DNA of 63,249 bases, the filler included, from Craspedostauros australis (taxonomy: Eukaryota): NCBI GenBank assembly GCA_030167865.1. It is 10 parts of 10 records of this genome, joined end to end, with 100 filler letters (N's around TTAATTAATTAA, not from the genome) between each part and the next. Parts side by side here need not be neighbours in the genome. Positions count along the whole stretch, not along the records: positions 45,470 to 48,895 come from JALAGF010004419.1; positions 48,996 to 52,814 come from JALAGF010004421.1; positions 52,915 to 60,688 come from JALAGF010004423.1; positions 60,789 to 62,084 come from JALAGF010004424.1; 6 more parts are not named here. One strand, 5' to 3'. The notes below the pieces were generated by a model, which did not search any database, was not told where the DNA came from, and saw only the letters and a program-made list of their open reading frames with translations. Positions 47,833-62,184 of this stretch are shown here, one piece after another. A program made the translations under genes and the position numbers. Numbering within the stretch: the stretch's first letter is position 1; every line of letters starts with the position of its first letter.

Positions 47833-49586
47833 ATCCTACCTTCATCACCTGATCAACTCACAATGCAGAATATTCAAAATAACAAATAGCACAACTCAAG
47901 ATCAGCACAACAACACTAGTCTACTCATTGTCACCTTCTGCTACTTCCTAGATGGTCATCCCTTGCTAACTGCATCATCAGCTTCACTGAAACTGGCAGT
48001 CAGCTTGGCCTTCTCTTCCGGATCGTGTCACAACAGTACACAAAAATCCAACTAATGCCAAGTATGGCACATCTGAGTATGAGAGGGAGGGATACTGTTG
48101 TGTTGGAGTCTATTTGTTGTTGGGGATTGTTTGTTGGCATAGCTTGGGTTCTTGGCGTGGCATGCTTCTTCTTCCATTCTCGATCCCACTGCAGCATGAG
48201 CTACATACTTGCTCTGCGGACGAAGTTGAGTTGGAAGGAAGGGAGGGAGGAGGCAGTGTCAATTGGCAGTGTTGTCAATGAGCTTCTGAATGGGTTGTGT
48301 TGAGAGTTGAGCATGGATTGCCACACACAAGAAACCAACGCTCCTCCTCGTTGCCAACAATGCGAGTAGACCACGTATCAACATTCTTCATTGTTGGCAT
48401 TATCGTCCGTATTTTTGAGAGATGGCTGCTGTTTGGACAGAAATCAACAAGAAGAGACAAGAATCATGCGTTGATTCGCACACGCAAGAAGCAAAAAGAG
48501 GCAGATCTGAACGGTAGAATCGATAATTTTGGTTCAGATTGGGAAAAAATGCGAACACTCATGTTGGTACCATGAGGAAACAAACAGTTTGATGAAACGG
48601 TGTGGGAGACAGGAAAGGAAGAAATCGAATCGTGACGTCACATGGGCATTGGAAGGACTCTAATCCTCACGAAAGTGGCTGTCTCCATTGCGTCCAGACA
48701 AGTTTCAATAGCGGGGCTCCCCCTGGAATTCAGACAGCCCGGCGTGTCCCAGTACCCAAGTTCTGGGGCCACTCGAACCCCTCCAATCCCACTCTTTTGC
48801 ACGAATACAATTGTGATAATCAGCAATTACACACAGGACAAGAGGGGAGCACCAAACACTGCACTTACGACGCCGCCTGGGTGATCAATCCAATANNNNN
48901 NNNNNNNNNNNNNNNNNNNNNNNNNNNNNNNNNNNNNNNTTAATTAATTAANNNNNNNNNNNNNNNNNNNNNNNNNNNNNNNNNNNNNNNNNNNNACTGA
49001 TGGCTCTGCAGGTCTCGGGAAAGTCGCTGCGTTTGATCTCACGGATGTACCTGTCCAACATGTGCTGAATCTCCGTTTCAGACAACGCATCGTACGTTTC
49101 TGTGCGTGCGCGCGGCTGCTGATGACTTGAATCCAGACCGCACCATGGGCCATGACATGTCTTGCCATGACTGATGGTTCTACTGTTGGCGCTGCGATTT
49201 CCCATGTCCCAAGCCCATCTTTACTCCAGAACAATTGGTGTGATATCTTCCTTTCTGATGTTTCTGAGCGATGTGGCACGTTGGAGATCGCTGTTCGTCG
49301 TCGCTTGCCATTGATCATCTGTATCAGCGTCATCATCATCGTCTCTTGCAATGGTGGCCTTCGTTGATTCTGGTTGGCGTACCATATTTTGCGCAGCCGC
49401 CACTTGCTTGATTGATTACTTCATTGCTTCATTTCTTTGTTGCTTGACAGACAATGTCTCAGTGTTGGCTGATACCTCCATCAATGCAAACATAGTCAAG
49501 CCATTTCATCTCTCTTGCTCTCTCTCTCTCTTTGTGTTGATGTTGTTTGATGGATCATGGTGCGAAATCGAAGATTCGTTGGTTTG

Positions 49587-50271
49587 AGTTGAGATTCAAT
49601 GAGGGACAGACTATTACCGAACACGGTATCAACCCGATGGGAGAAATTCCTGTTTTGGCGCGAAATCTTCCGACTTGATCGACCACCAAATCTTTTCTCC
49701 TCCTTTCTCTCCTCCATTCACGAATCCATCATGACTAAAACCTGACCGACCTGACTCACACCCCACCTGGGAACTATATGCTCTTCAGATCCTCCTTACT
49801 ACAACATACCTCGATTCCTTCATGCTGATGACCACCACACTACCACCGTAGTCTCAACATGTATATCCAACCTGCTTCAACTCAAGCAATGGAATCCGAG
49901 GGTCAGCTTCAGCCACAGCCACTGCTTCATGACCGTCATCACTGATTGTCATGACCTACACTGCAGTGTAACTACATGTGCGGAGAGCAAAGTACTGTAT
50001 TGATTGTCTACTCTGTTGCACTGAATCAAGTGCATCAGTGTGGGGTCTCGCCAAGTTGTGTGGCATCGTTTCTTCACCCTACTAACACCAATAAGCTAAC
50101 TCATAATAACAGACAAGGATTAGCTACAAAGCACTCTACTACTCATCGTTGCAAGTTATAACTCTTCAACCAGCACACCTCTCTTGAACTGCATCACACG
50201 GCTATCCCGAAGCCGGCAGATTCACGAGGCATTCTCCACCGATTCGCGACGCCTACGCCCGAATCCTAACT
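49587..50271 (+). mobile_element. Solo LTR family AB (AGTTG...TAACT) with TSD GTTTG
   Basis: GTTTG at 49582-49586 and 50272-50276. Confidence 0.88.
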
Positions 50272-50728
50272 GTTTGGGTGACATCAAGAATTGTTGGCAC
50301 GTTTGTTGAGTACTCGTCTGTCTGCCATCCGTTGTTCATTCAACCAGTGACGCACACAAACACTCACGATGAACATCACCTCTGTGTTGTCTTCGTGCAA
50401 TGCAACTCTGTTCGATGATGGCAATGGCGATGGCAACCACTCCAATGACGCCGCATCCCTTCATTGGTACCACCGACGCAAACGCAAACACCAACAATCA
50501 GACAATCAGACAAGATGATGAGTCATCGACATCCAAGAGGAACTGTGGGAAGGCTCGCCAGTTGCTCTGCACCTTGACCCACCCGTCCTACGACTATGAG
50601 TATTACTATGGAACCTTCCATGAGTGCGATCTACTCTGGGAGTTGTCACAGCCAAGCGTCCAGCCTGATAGGTACTCTGTTCGAACCTTCGTCCAGCCCG
50701 TGCGGTCATGTGATCATGACGATCGAAG

Positions 50729-52657
50729 TTGCTGGAAGAGGACGGTGTCAGACTGATAGCAGAGAAACAAACGGAGACCAAGCAACCGCAACAGGCAGAC
50801 ATGAAATCGAAGGCGAGCAAGCCCACAAGCGTCGCCAAAGAGGCCAAAGCAGCTGCAAAATCAGGTCGTCGTGCGAGTGTCAGCACAGATGCACCAAGCA
50901 GTGCCAACAGAAGTACAGCCAAAGATGCGAAAGCTTCGGCTGTGAAACGATCACATGCAAAGAGTCTGGACATGCTCGACTTGCAACCTCACGAGATGTC
51001 ATTCAGCTCCCTTGATCCCAGCAAGTTCATCAACAACGAACCGATACCGGTGCCAAACACCCCAGGTGGACTCAGCTTCGCCACAGCCCCAGCACTTGGC
51101 GCAACCCGCGAATGGAGCAGTCAAGACAAGACGAAGCTTGCCCAGAGTCGGAGACGCAGGCCAAGGACACAACCGAATTCCAACGGAACGACCAGCAGCG
51201 CCGAATCGAGGAGCAAGAGTTTGGAATTCTTGGAATTCTCGAATGACGGACGCAACATGCCAGTCACATCAGACACATCAGGCGCGATGAGCGCAGCCAG
51301 CACCCCGGCCCTACCTCGAGTTGCGACAACGGAGACGTCTCGCAGCAAGCGCCCGGAGTTACTGTCGAATCTGCCATGTCTCTACGACGACGACGATGGC
51401 AGCGTCGACGTTGCGACAAGTGCTGCTGCAACGAACGGTGGGAGAAGCTCTGTGGCCCCTGTCACGCCTGGAGGTCGGAGCGCGGCATCTACACCAGCCC
51501 CCTTTCCCTTCAGCCGCACACATGAAGAGAGACAATAGTCTTCGTCGTTGAACAAGCGCAGGTCGACGTTGGCAAGCATCCTCAAGATCAAATCATCATC
51601 ATTACGTGAAGTGTCGTTGACCAATCCTCCCAAATCGAAGCAACGACCATCTCTCGAATCCCGACCATCGCAATTGGCCGATCTTTCCTTGACTAAATCA
51701 TCCGCAAAGGCGCCATCATCGTCATCATCGCCATCATCATCGCTGTCATCATCACAGTCCAAATCCAAACTCAATCTTCAACAGTTCGAACGCGAACACG
51801 AACACAGAGGTGTCTCGGCCACAACCCCAAGCCCCATCCAGTCCTGGAGCCTTGAGTTTGGGAATCGAATTGCAATCAAGCAAGAAGGACCGGGCGTCCC
51901 CTTCCCGCAACAGATCTGCATGCAGTTCGTTGCGCCCAAGCGAAGACTCAAAGCAACGACATTCACGCGGACGAAGCACGGGTGGTCTGCGCGACGCGAT
52001 CAAGGAAAGGATCTCCAAGGTGCTTGGCAATGGGTCCCGACGTCACCATTCCAGCAAAACAAGAGGTGTGTCATCACCATTGATATTACCATCGAGATCA
52101 CCGTCGCCACGGCATTGGCGGAGAAGCGCATAGCACACCAGTGGCAAGCTGCATTCAACATCATTGTGCCATCGTCGTGACGGAGCAATTCACACTTCCT
52201 CCTCTGGAAGAAGCCGCTGCTCGTCATCGGCGCGGAGTCGTCGAAGTCCGTCCGATCGCGGCCGCAGAAGACTGCGCAAGTATCGATGGACTCATCGCCA
52301 TCATCGCGACGCCAACGAGCATCTGGCAGTTCGGATGATGTGAACGCAGCCTCGCGTTCACGCGAAACCAACTCAAATGCGCACTCCACCGGTACTGGTT
52401 TGCAACGGCACAAGGGCTCACGTTCCCGAAAGCATGACCGAGGAAGTTCGCAAAGGCCAAATCAACGTGGCCATGGCCAATCGACACCACGTGGCGAAGA
52501 TCGGCGAAGGAAGTTCTCCCATGAACGATCATCATCGGCGCGACAACGAAACAGATCAAGAGGATATCGAAATTACAGCGTCGAACGGCATAGCAATGAG
52601 AGAGATGAGAATGGACGGCATGGCAAACAACAACATGGCAACAAACGTTCGTCATAA
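50729..52657 (+). pseudogene. Ser/Arg-rich disordered hypothetical protein in three same-frame ORFs separated by stops
   Basis: ORFs starting at 50729, 51548 and 52286 share one frame. A repeated (M/L)SxA(S/T)xPAL motif is present. Introns are not resolved. Confidence 0.4.
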
Positions 52658-55600
52658 CACGAGGCCCTTCAATCAAATCGTTGTGGACGAAGCAGATCGT
52701 CAACTCGCGATGCTGTCTACCATGAGAAGCTGTCTGGCACAAAGCCACTGCAACTCACATAATAGAAAGTGGTCAGGAGAAAGAGCGCGTCTCAGTGCCA
52801 CCATCCCTTGATGANNNNNNNNNNNNNNNNNNNNNNNNNNNNNNNNNNNNNNNNNNNNTTAATTAATTAANNNNNNNNNNNNNNNNNNNNNNNNNNNNNN
52901 NNNNNNNNNNNNNNTGATGTGATGTGTTGTGTTTGTTTGTTTTTTGAGACGGGGACCGTGATTTTTGTGTCGTGGTTGGTGCGCGTCGCCACACGATCGG
53001 TGTGTTGTGTCGCGAAGTCGTCACGTTGTGTTGTGGCACGGTCCGCGTGTGTTGCGGCGCGATTGGTGTGTGCTGCGCAGCCATCACGTTGTCTCGCGAA
53101 GCAAGGGCGACGTGCTGCGAGACGCACTCACATCTTGTGTTGTGAGTGGTTTCGCATGACGTCGAATCCTTCCTGTGACGTAGAAGACGGATCAGGGAGG
53201 AANNNNNNNNNNNNNNNNNNNNTATACAATCGCCGTTGCTCCCAAAGGCAAGCAAACCAGTGGCAACAAGGGGCCAAAACTCTACAACTAGTGCTATCGT
53301 GACCCCATTTTACATTCTCTGCAGCTAGTATATGACCCGTGTGAGTCAATAGCGGTGCGGTCCAGGCAGGATTCTTTGATTTTGGTCCTTCGATTTAGAT
53401 GATACTTGGCACACATACACTTTAACATACTTAGATTAATAATCCGAGATTGTAGCTTCAGAGAGGCCTTAGTTATAAAGTTATGAAGTGACGAAGTTGG
53501 GCAGGCTACCTCTAATGGAGCCCACGATCTGTCGTGTTGTTTTTCTCGAGTTTGGGACTATCTCATGACATTTTGGTTTGTTCACGAGTTCGAGAATCTG
53601 TTTTTCGTTGGTCGAAGGCAAAACATGATGCCAATTGCCGCACAGACGGGCAGACGACAAAATTTGTGGGTGCTCACAACATGATCAACTCGCGGTGTCA
53701 ACGTGTGAAGCTGTCCCAACTGCTCTTCCCCTGCTCATTCTCGATTCATTGCGCACAGGATTATGATGGTGAAGGCGGTACTTCCAATGGACAGGGGGTA
53801 ATCGAGTATAATAGCTTCTGAAAGAGCGAGGCGACGATGGAGAATGGGATTGACATCCTCAGTCTCGTGCATTGCTGTGTTGTACTGTGGCGAATGTCCT
53901 TGTTCACATGTGGTCGATCTCAGTCGTTCAATTCAACCCTTGTCGAAGAAATCGTCCCAAATGTTTGAAGGAAATCATTTATGAAGTATTGAAGTACATG
54001 TAGTCTTCTGGGTGGCAGTGAGTAGGCTGGAGAAGAAGCAATGGTGGAACTCCTTTAATCGCCATCAATCCAAAGCGGGAGAGGACATTTTAAATATTGG
54101 CTCGCGTAACCCCATTAACGTTAATCGTGTTTCATGGCAACGATATACGCAATTTCGTCTACTGAGAAATGTGAACGTTTGAAATTCAAATTTGAAATTA
54201 TTCGTTGGTACTTGTATTTTATCATTGACATTTGTCAAACGTCATCATCAATATTCCTTGTCCAATCACTTCGTCTCACCATCATGACGTGTGTATGCGG
54301 GTGCACGGACAGACAGTAGCTGGTTTTCGCAAGGCCTCCAAACGCAACAAATTCAACGCATGGTTTGGTGGGAGGCGTTGGGTGGACCAACAGATTCGTC
54401 CCACCGACACCGTCAACAACAGAAACTGAACAACAACGCAATTGCATCCAGCACAGCAAGTCAACCAGGGCCACAGGTCAACCTTATCATTAACAACGAC
54501 TCCATTGTGGCCGTCGAAGATATGCTCAGTGTGTGCTGAGCAGAATGACACTGCGTAGTTCAGTATCGACAGCATCGTCGACGACCATGAGACACCACCA
54601 TCTCATGAACACACCAGCGGAGAAATCTACCAAGCTGCTCCACCATCGCCTACCGCAGCATCGTCAACGGATGCAGCAACCATCGTCAACACTCTGTACC
54701 GACACACAAGGAATACAAGTATGGTTGAAGGGCAATGGTGGATCTGGAGCTGCATCTCCTTGTGCTCCCACTGCAGGCCAAATTATCATCCTACATGATG
54801 TCAATGGGCAAAGGGCAGTGAAGAGCAGTCGGCAATGCACAACGAGCTGCAAATGCCATGCATCAGGGCAACAACAACCTCAACAACACTGACATCACAG
54901 CGGCAAGGGCAATGCTCAGTGAGTTGGTGCATTCAGAGCATTGTGGATGGCTGAGCATTGAGCCTGTGGAATGAACATCACAGTAGTCTTCAGAAGTTGT
55001 ATATTCGGCTGATGGTCAATAGCAGAGCATCTGGCTAGAAGCAACTGATGGGCAGAGAGCACAGCATACAGTACATATCATCAGTGTATGTTGCAACAAA
55101 CGGAGAGTACCGCATCCTGTCAAAAGCATGAAAGGCAACATCCGGCAAACACCAACACACATACTAATCACTGGCACCACACAGAATGCAGAGCGCAGAC
55201 TGCTTCCTGAAGCAACCAACTGATGAGAAGACTGCATTCAGCAAGATCCGGGAATATTGTTCTTGATCAACAAGTAGTAGGCAGTTTCCAGAAGAAGCAA
55301 AAGGGCTTCCAACCACAGCCAATGAATTCATACACGGCTCAATATCAAGAAGAGTATCTAGCTTCAACCAGGTACTAGTGGGTTAGTAGTGAGCACCACC
55401 ACATGACATTTGGCAACCAGTAGTGAAGCAATGAAGCACATTCAGAACGAGGAGCATCCAACCACAACCAAATTCACGGAGAAGATCCAACAGGAAGCAA
55501 CCAGCAGCAAAAAAGGATCAAGCATCGAATATACTGCAAAGTGATTGGCAACAATCAAGAAACTACAAATCCCCAACACCAGAGTACCCAACAGAGAGCA

Positions 55601-58600
55601 TCGTACATGAAGCAAAGTATCTCAAAACGATCAACAGATCACTGCATCATTTGGCAGAGAGCAGAGCCCACAGGTCACAGTTGCAGAGCCTGCAGAGCAC
55701 GCAGGGTACATAACAGAGAACACCCGACTGAGTTCTGTTGGCTGCAACCAACGAATCAGCAGAGTATTTGGCAACAATCACTTGTTCCGGTTTGATTTGT
55801 CATCACCTACATCAATGCCACTCATTGATCATTGATCATTGTGCTCTAATTGATGTTGCTCCTCTGGCATCCCATGGAATGCTGTCTGATGCGGATGCGC
55901 ACCCACACACACTACAGATTCTGCGTGGCTCAAATGTCAAACAGCATGAGCATCGTACGATCAACAATTCCATCCACAAAATCCATTACAAACTGTTGCC
56001 GCTCGCCGCTCCCGAACGCACAAACAAACCAACACAAACGAACACAAATGAATGGGCAGACAAGTGATCACTCCGCACAACAAACAAAATCCACAATTCA
56101 GCAGCGCAAATCAACCAACAGACAAACGACCAAATCCACGAATGGCAGAACACACAGAATGGACAAACTGCTGCACCAATAGATGCCAACCAAACATACG
56201 ATACCGCTCTTCACACCCAAAGATTTTTTGGAGCAATGGTCAACTACTGTGCTCATCGGCCAGTCCCCCACAGCCGTCAATGCCATCAATGCCATCAACA
56301 ACCAACCAAACCCTCCTGCATGTCCAGCAAGAAATGGTGGAATGCATGGTACCATCAATGCGTCGAAGCCATCATGTCATACCAAAGGATGTCCACTGTG
56401 GCTAAATCACAAAGATCATCTGTGCCTGCGTTGTCCTTGAGAGTTTGTACCATTCCTTCCATGCCACTGCCACTGTCGCACACATGAAAGGATTATCTGA
56501 GAACATGATCGTGGGATGCGTGGAGTGCGCAGGGTACCTCCTCGAGGAGCTCTGCAATGGCCATGCCGACAAGCAGTTAATGAAGAATGTTGCCGAGGAC
56601 CCAGGCGTCCTCGTCTGCGTCATCAGGTTGACTTGCGCCAACCTGGATGCAGTTCTTGTCTTCTCATCCATCCAATCGTGGAGGTCATGCACTTCCAGTA
56701 CATGCGCTGGCTTGGAGGTAAGTGTTGACGCACAACAGCAGTTGCAGCAACCCATCACCATCACCGTAGCAATTGCCCATCGTGCGTTTGTGTGCTGCAC
56801 TTCAAACACTTGCACACCAACACAATCACACCCATTCTCTCCTTTTCCTTTTCTTGTCATCCATACTTTTCATCCACTCCACATCATCCTGATGGGACCA
56901 AGTGCAATGCAATACACAATTGCAGGGCTTCCAGACAACCTCCAGTTCCTTGTCACCACAGCCATGCAGCACACAACACACCGCACTCTTCACGCAGCAC
57001 ACAGTACACAGGCCTACTCGCAAGAACTACTTCACCTCAATCAACACCAACTTCTGTCCATATGCTGGCATCAACCCAACTGTCACTACAATCATGCGCA
57101 AGCCAGGCGTTGATACCACCATGAACCTCATCGANTTCGCCCACTTTGTGGGAGCATCCTTTCAGAACATGGAAGAGCCACCAGATGCAGCATTCCACAT
57201 GCTGAGAGCAGAATGAAGTGAGCCACTCCCAAGTGCAAAGAGAATCAGCAGAAGAAGATGGCCATCGCTGCCTTCTCCTTCCCATCCTGCAAGATCAATG
57301 TTGATACTGCCACCTCCTTCAACACCTTCAGTGTGGCCAAGGCTATCCTGCAACAGCTCAAGAGCAAGGGATGCGATGCCAGTGGTGGCAACAGCATTGA
57401 CAAAGCCACCAAGGAGGATATGCTGAAGGCCATCCTGAAGGATATCGTCAACAACATCATCAACACTCTGGAAGCAATGCTCTCCTTTCCAGAGCTCAAT
57501 TTTCCCACCACAGGGATCCAGGCAAGTACTATTCATGATGATGTTTTGAATGCAAGCGAGATCACAACTGCCTCCTCTTTACCAATTCCGTCAACACTGC
57601 TAGCCTACATCACAGACTCATGGCTTACACGTACCCATCACCCAATTCTCTGTTGAAATTCCCTGTTGTCCCAACAGGAACATGCTTCTGTAACGCTCAG
57701 GAGTGATTGATCCTACACTTGCCATGTTGATAGTGAGGGGGATTTTGTTATTTCTGTCCTCTGTTCTGGTTCAGTCCTGTACGATCAGGAATTTCTGATG
57801 TCACACATTTCGACAAGGGTTGTCAGGTTTTGCAGATGAATAACTGCCCTTTGCTGTGCATGGTAATGTGGCACTTGAGTTGCCCTCTGCTGTTTGCACA
57901 TGTTTAGACCTCTCCTTTTGAGTTGCAAGCACCAAGTCCCAGAGTTCAATGTTTGGATGACCAACTGGGGATGAGTACAATGTGAATGACCAAGTTGTCG
58001 ACTTGCTCATTGCTCAGATCAACGTCCCGGAACTTGGCACTTGTGAACTATTGTAGAGCTTGTCAGCGATGCCCCCATCGCCTCTTCCTTGACTTGTTGT
58101 GCTGAAGTTTGTTTGGCATCGTTGGCTTCCATTTTTGGGTTGGTGTGTTGCTGCCATGGGACTGTGCACGGACACCAGAACCAGACCACTATCATTGCAG
58201 TTGGCAAAGCTGACACCAATGGGCAAGGATGAGGCTGGTGCTAGTGCAACAGGCATCAATGAGATGAATCTGGAGGCAGTGGATGGTCACTGCAAGAATA
58301 GCAAAGGTGGAGCTGAAGGGGAAGGTCCCAGCATGGGGCCTTGAATCACCATGGTCATGGGAGGGAGAAGCTTGTTGGCCATGTTCAAGAATGTATGTGA
58401 GTTGGGCACATGAGTTGTCCTGGTCAAGGTGGGGAAAGACAGCCATGGATACAGTTCTGGCTGCTTCTGTTATCATCCTGGTTTGGATCATAGTCTTGCT
58501 GGCTTCTGTATTCTGGACATTCACGCTTTGTTGGTTGCTTGTGGTTGGCTCCTGAATTTGGTTTTTGGTGTTGATGGGAAGGCTGTCTCTACGCTTGATG

Positions 58601-60489
58601 GGTGGATTTGTGGGTATGGTGGGTATTGCCCTGAAAGGATTGCTGTTGGAGTTGCGATGGAGCTGTGATGAATTTTTCTCTGCTGAGAGGGAAGGGAATG
58701 GCGTTTTCCAGCCCCTGGACGCCCGGGTGACCACGGGTAACCCCTGAGTGTAAGTGTTGGTAGGAAGATATATTCAGAGGCCATTCAGATAGTGGTGGGA
58801 GAGCAGAGTAGTTTGGGACATCAGCATTTCCTTCAGTTGGTTCTCTCTTGGGTTTACTCACACTTGAGAGTTCAGAGTGCCCTCCTGAGGGTGTTTGGGC
58901 GTTTGGGTGAATGTGTTGATGTTTGTGCTTGCGAGTGTGTGATTTTGGATGTGGTGATGTGTACGGTCTGCGTCGTTTGTTGACATGAATGATCACAACG
59001 TGACTTAGTCAGAGGGGTCGGCAATCGCTTGGACATGCACAAACTACACAGGAACAAGAATCCACGAACAAATCATACTCGTTCCCATTCAGCAGCGCAG
59101 GTGAATGTGTGTGCTACGTTTGTACGGCAAGATAACAGTTGGCAAACAATCCAGATCTATTCTACATAGAAAATCAAAATCACGCAGAGTAGAATAGTAG
59201 GGTGCGAGTCGAGCATGCAGCGCACATGATGTTGTGACGAATGTAGAAGAGTATGATACGAGATCGCTCAGCAAAAACGTGCGGTGCAAAAAAGGAAGAG
59301 TAAGCGAAAATCGAACCGAAGCAAAATCTTATCGCAATTGTGTTTTCAGAGTGCCCACAATACATTGCTGCGGCAGAGCATACAAACTTCAAATACCGTC
59401 GATTGCATTCGCACCCCAACAACCAGCGTCGCAAACACACACTTCGAAATGGATTGGCAAACGCNNNNNNNNNNNNNNNNNNNNACACGCGAAAATCAGG
59501 TCTGATCTGAACAACGTGGAATGAAGACGTCAATTCGAACGTCTGTCCAACCACACGCAACTTTGGCGATGTCATGCACCACGGAACATGTGACATCACA
59601 CCGTACTTAACGAAAACAAGAACGACGTCATCGCAGAACCGACTCCGATTAACGTCCGTAACGTTCACATGAGCACACATTCTTGTTCTCTACCAAGCTT
59701 CCCACCAAGCAAAACACAAAGAAAGCGAAAATCAGATAGAAATGGGTTCCACGTGTCGTGACATGATCNCCCANAAAGCCAACGTCTGTCCGCTTGCACC
59801 GTATTTTGCCTCTAAAACAGTANATTGCCACCCTCATAACTTTATAACTAAGGCCTGGACTCACCATCTAACNCCTGAATCATGTTACCATAACNATAAA
59901 GTATATAAATNTAGGTNTTGATTTTTATGAGGGGCCGTACAAGCTTGGGCCAAAATGCATTCTGCCTGGACCGCACCGCTTTTCGCTCACACGGGTCATA
60001 TGAAGTTCTCTCCACACGTCTTAACGAGATTTGAGTTACTTGATCGTGTTTCTCCGAAGACAAAAGACCCTCCACACACAGCTCACAAAATACATGAACG
60101 AGGAGATTCGTTCTTCGTCGACGTCGGAAAGTTGGGTGTGGCTTTCTCATGCCAAGATGGCGGAACCGTTGTGGTTTCGTATTAGTCGTATTAGTCGACT
60201 TTCCGTTTACCGTGCTTTTTGCCGGGTGTCATCCCGGTAATTCGCGTGTTGCGTTGGCGGAGCCAGAAGAACAGCCATGCCGACACCGAAGATGACAACC
60301 AGGACGAGAGCGTCTGCCTCTCGTTTGGCTACGGAGATGCGTCATGACCCTCCCATTCCACACAGCAGAGATTCGACAGAGGGGGGCTCCACAGCATTAG
60401 CGGCAGTCTCCGCAACGACGACGGCAACGATCACAATCGCAACCATTTTCGACGCACGCAGACCGAAACACCGTGAGGACATTGTGCAC

Positions 60490-60688
60490 AATGAACGCCA
60501 CAAACGAAGCGATGTTCTTCCAGCCATCCTGGCTGTCCGTGGAGTCCTGGGGCCTCCTTCTCCTTGTCATTTGCGAGCTGCTGCACGCAGTGATGGGTGT
60601 CTTTCTCAAGCTCTGTTCCAGCAGCGGGATTCCGTCCACGGAGCTGGTCCTTGTACGGTCGCTGGTCGAGACGGTCTTCATCTTGACA
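60490..60688 (+). CDS. EamA/DMT-family transporter, N-terminal fragment (truncated by contig end)
   Basis: WGLLLLVICELLHAVMGVFLKL...GIPSTELVLVRSLV resembles EamA TM1-TM2. Confidence 0.55.
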
Positions 60689-60788
60689 NNNNNNNNNNNN
60701 NNNNNNNNNNNNNNNNNNNNNNNNNNNNNNNNTTAATTAATTAANNNNNNNNNNNNNNNNNNNNNNNNNNNNNNNNNNNNNNNNNNNN

Positions 60789-61420
60789 GCCCAAGATGGC
60801 ATGTTGATCTACACGATACTCCGTGTTATTCTCGCCTTTGGGTCTTTCTTCATCTCTGTCTGATCTTGTCTGCCTTGATCTCTGTTTGATTACATCAGAG
60901 TTGATCCGTCTACGTCGGCGGGGTGCTTGCATCATCCCTGACGATGTTGTTCTGGATCCTAAGTATTGTTGCCACGTGCTCAATGATGCACTCGGTCTTG
61001 CTAGACAGGTCAGCATACCATGACTAAGATATAATCTCGATTCCGAGGATCACACTGACTGATCCTCTGATGTCATTGATGATGTCAGTGACTACGTCAG
61101 GATCGATGACAATAGTGACTGGATATCATTCGTGTAATCAAGACTCATCCGACTATACTCTCAAATCGAGTCGAATCAAAAAATATTGAGTCACGTTTTA
61201 GTCATGGGAGATGGGTACCTAAATTTCGATCTAGATGTTGATACTAACTCATAATAACAGACAAGGATTAGCTACAAAGCACTCTACTTCTCATCGTTAC
61301 AAGTTATAACTCTTCAATCAGTACACCTCTCTTGAACTGCATCACACGGCTATCCCGAAGCCGGCAGATTCACGAGGCATTCTCCACCGATTCGCGACGC
61401 CCACGCCACGAATCCTAACT
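60789..61420 (+). mobile_element. LTR family C (to 61243) nested in the 3' part of LTR family AB (61244-61420)
   Basis: 60789-61243 is the reverse complement of ~45887-46340. It is followed by CTAACTCATAATAACAGACAAGG...AATCCTAACT from family AB. Confidence 0.85.
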
Positions 61421-62184
61421 ACCTGATACATTTTCTGATTTGTCCGTCCTGGTATGTGCTGAAACGTCCTTTCCTCAAGACACATGATTCTTGGCATAGG
61501 GAACACACTAGAGAACATCAGAGATTCGGTCTGGCCACCACCTGGCAATCATGTGACACCAAGTTTAGCTTGATCTACTTCCCAACTAAACCTGAAGTGA
61601 CACCACCTTCAACAACCTCAAGCATCATCAATGGAATGTGGAATTGACAGAGCCATGGAATGGTGATGAGTGACGTTGACACAGGAGACGTCATTGCCAC
61701 ATCATGGGTCATCTCCACATCAGAACAAGATGGCAAAGATGCATGACCAAGAGCTGTCCTTGAACGCAGCAACATGAGATACAACTCAATGAAGATAACG
61801 TAGATTCAGAAGTCACTCTACCCAATCAGTGCCTTTGTTACACCAGCTCATCGCCATCTTCCTGAAAGACTTGATCTCTCTTGACGGATTCGTGTGATTT
61901 CACTGTGTACAATAACAGGATAACACAGCTCCTCCACAGGCTGTTCTGACTCTTGGAGGTGGACAGAGGTGTTGGGATGCTCTCGCACATGTGTGTGGAT
62001 GGTCTTGCTGGACTCGTGAACACAACCACAGATGACCCGTCCGGATCCTTCGAGATGGTACATAACGTTTTTGGAATTCGCTCTNNNNNNNNNNNNNNNN
62101 NNNNNNNNNNNNNNNNNNNNNNNNNNNNTTAATTAATTAANNNNNNNNNNNNNNNNNNNNNNNNNNNNNNNNNNNNNNNNNNNN

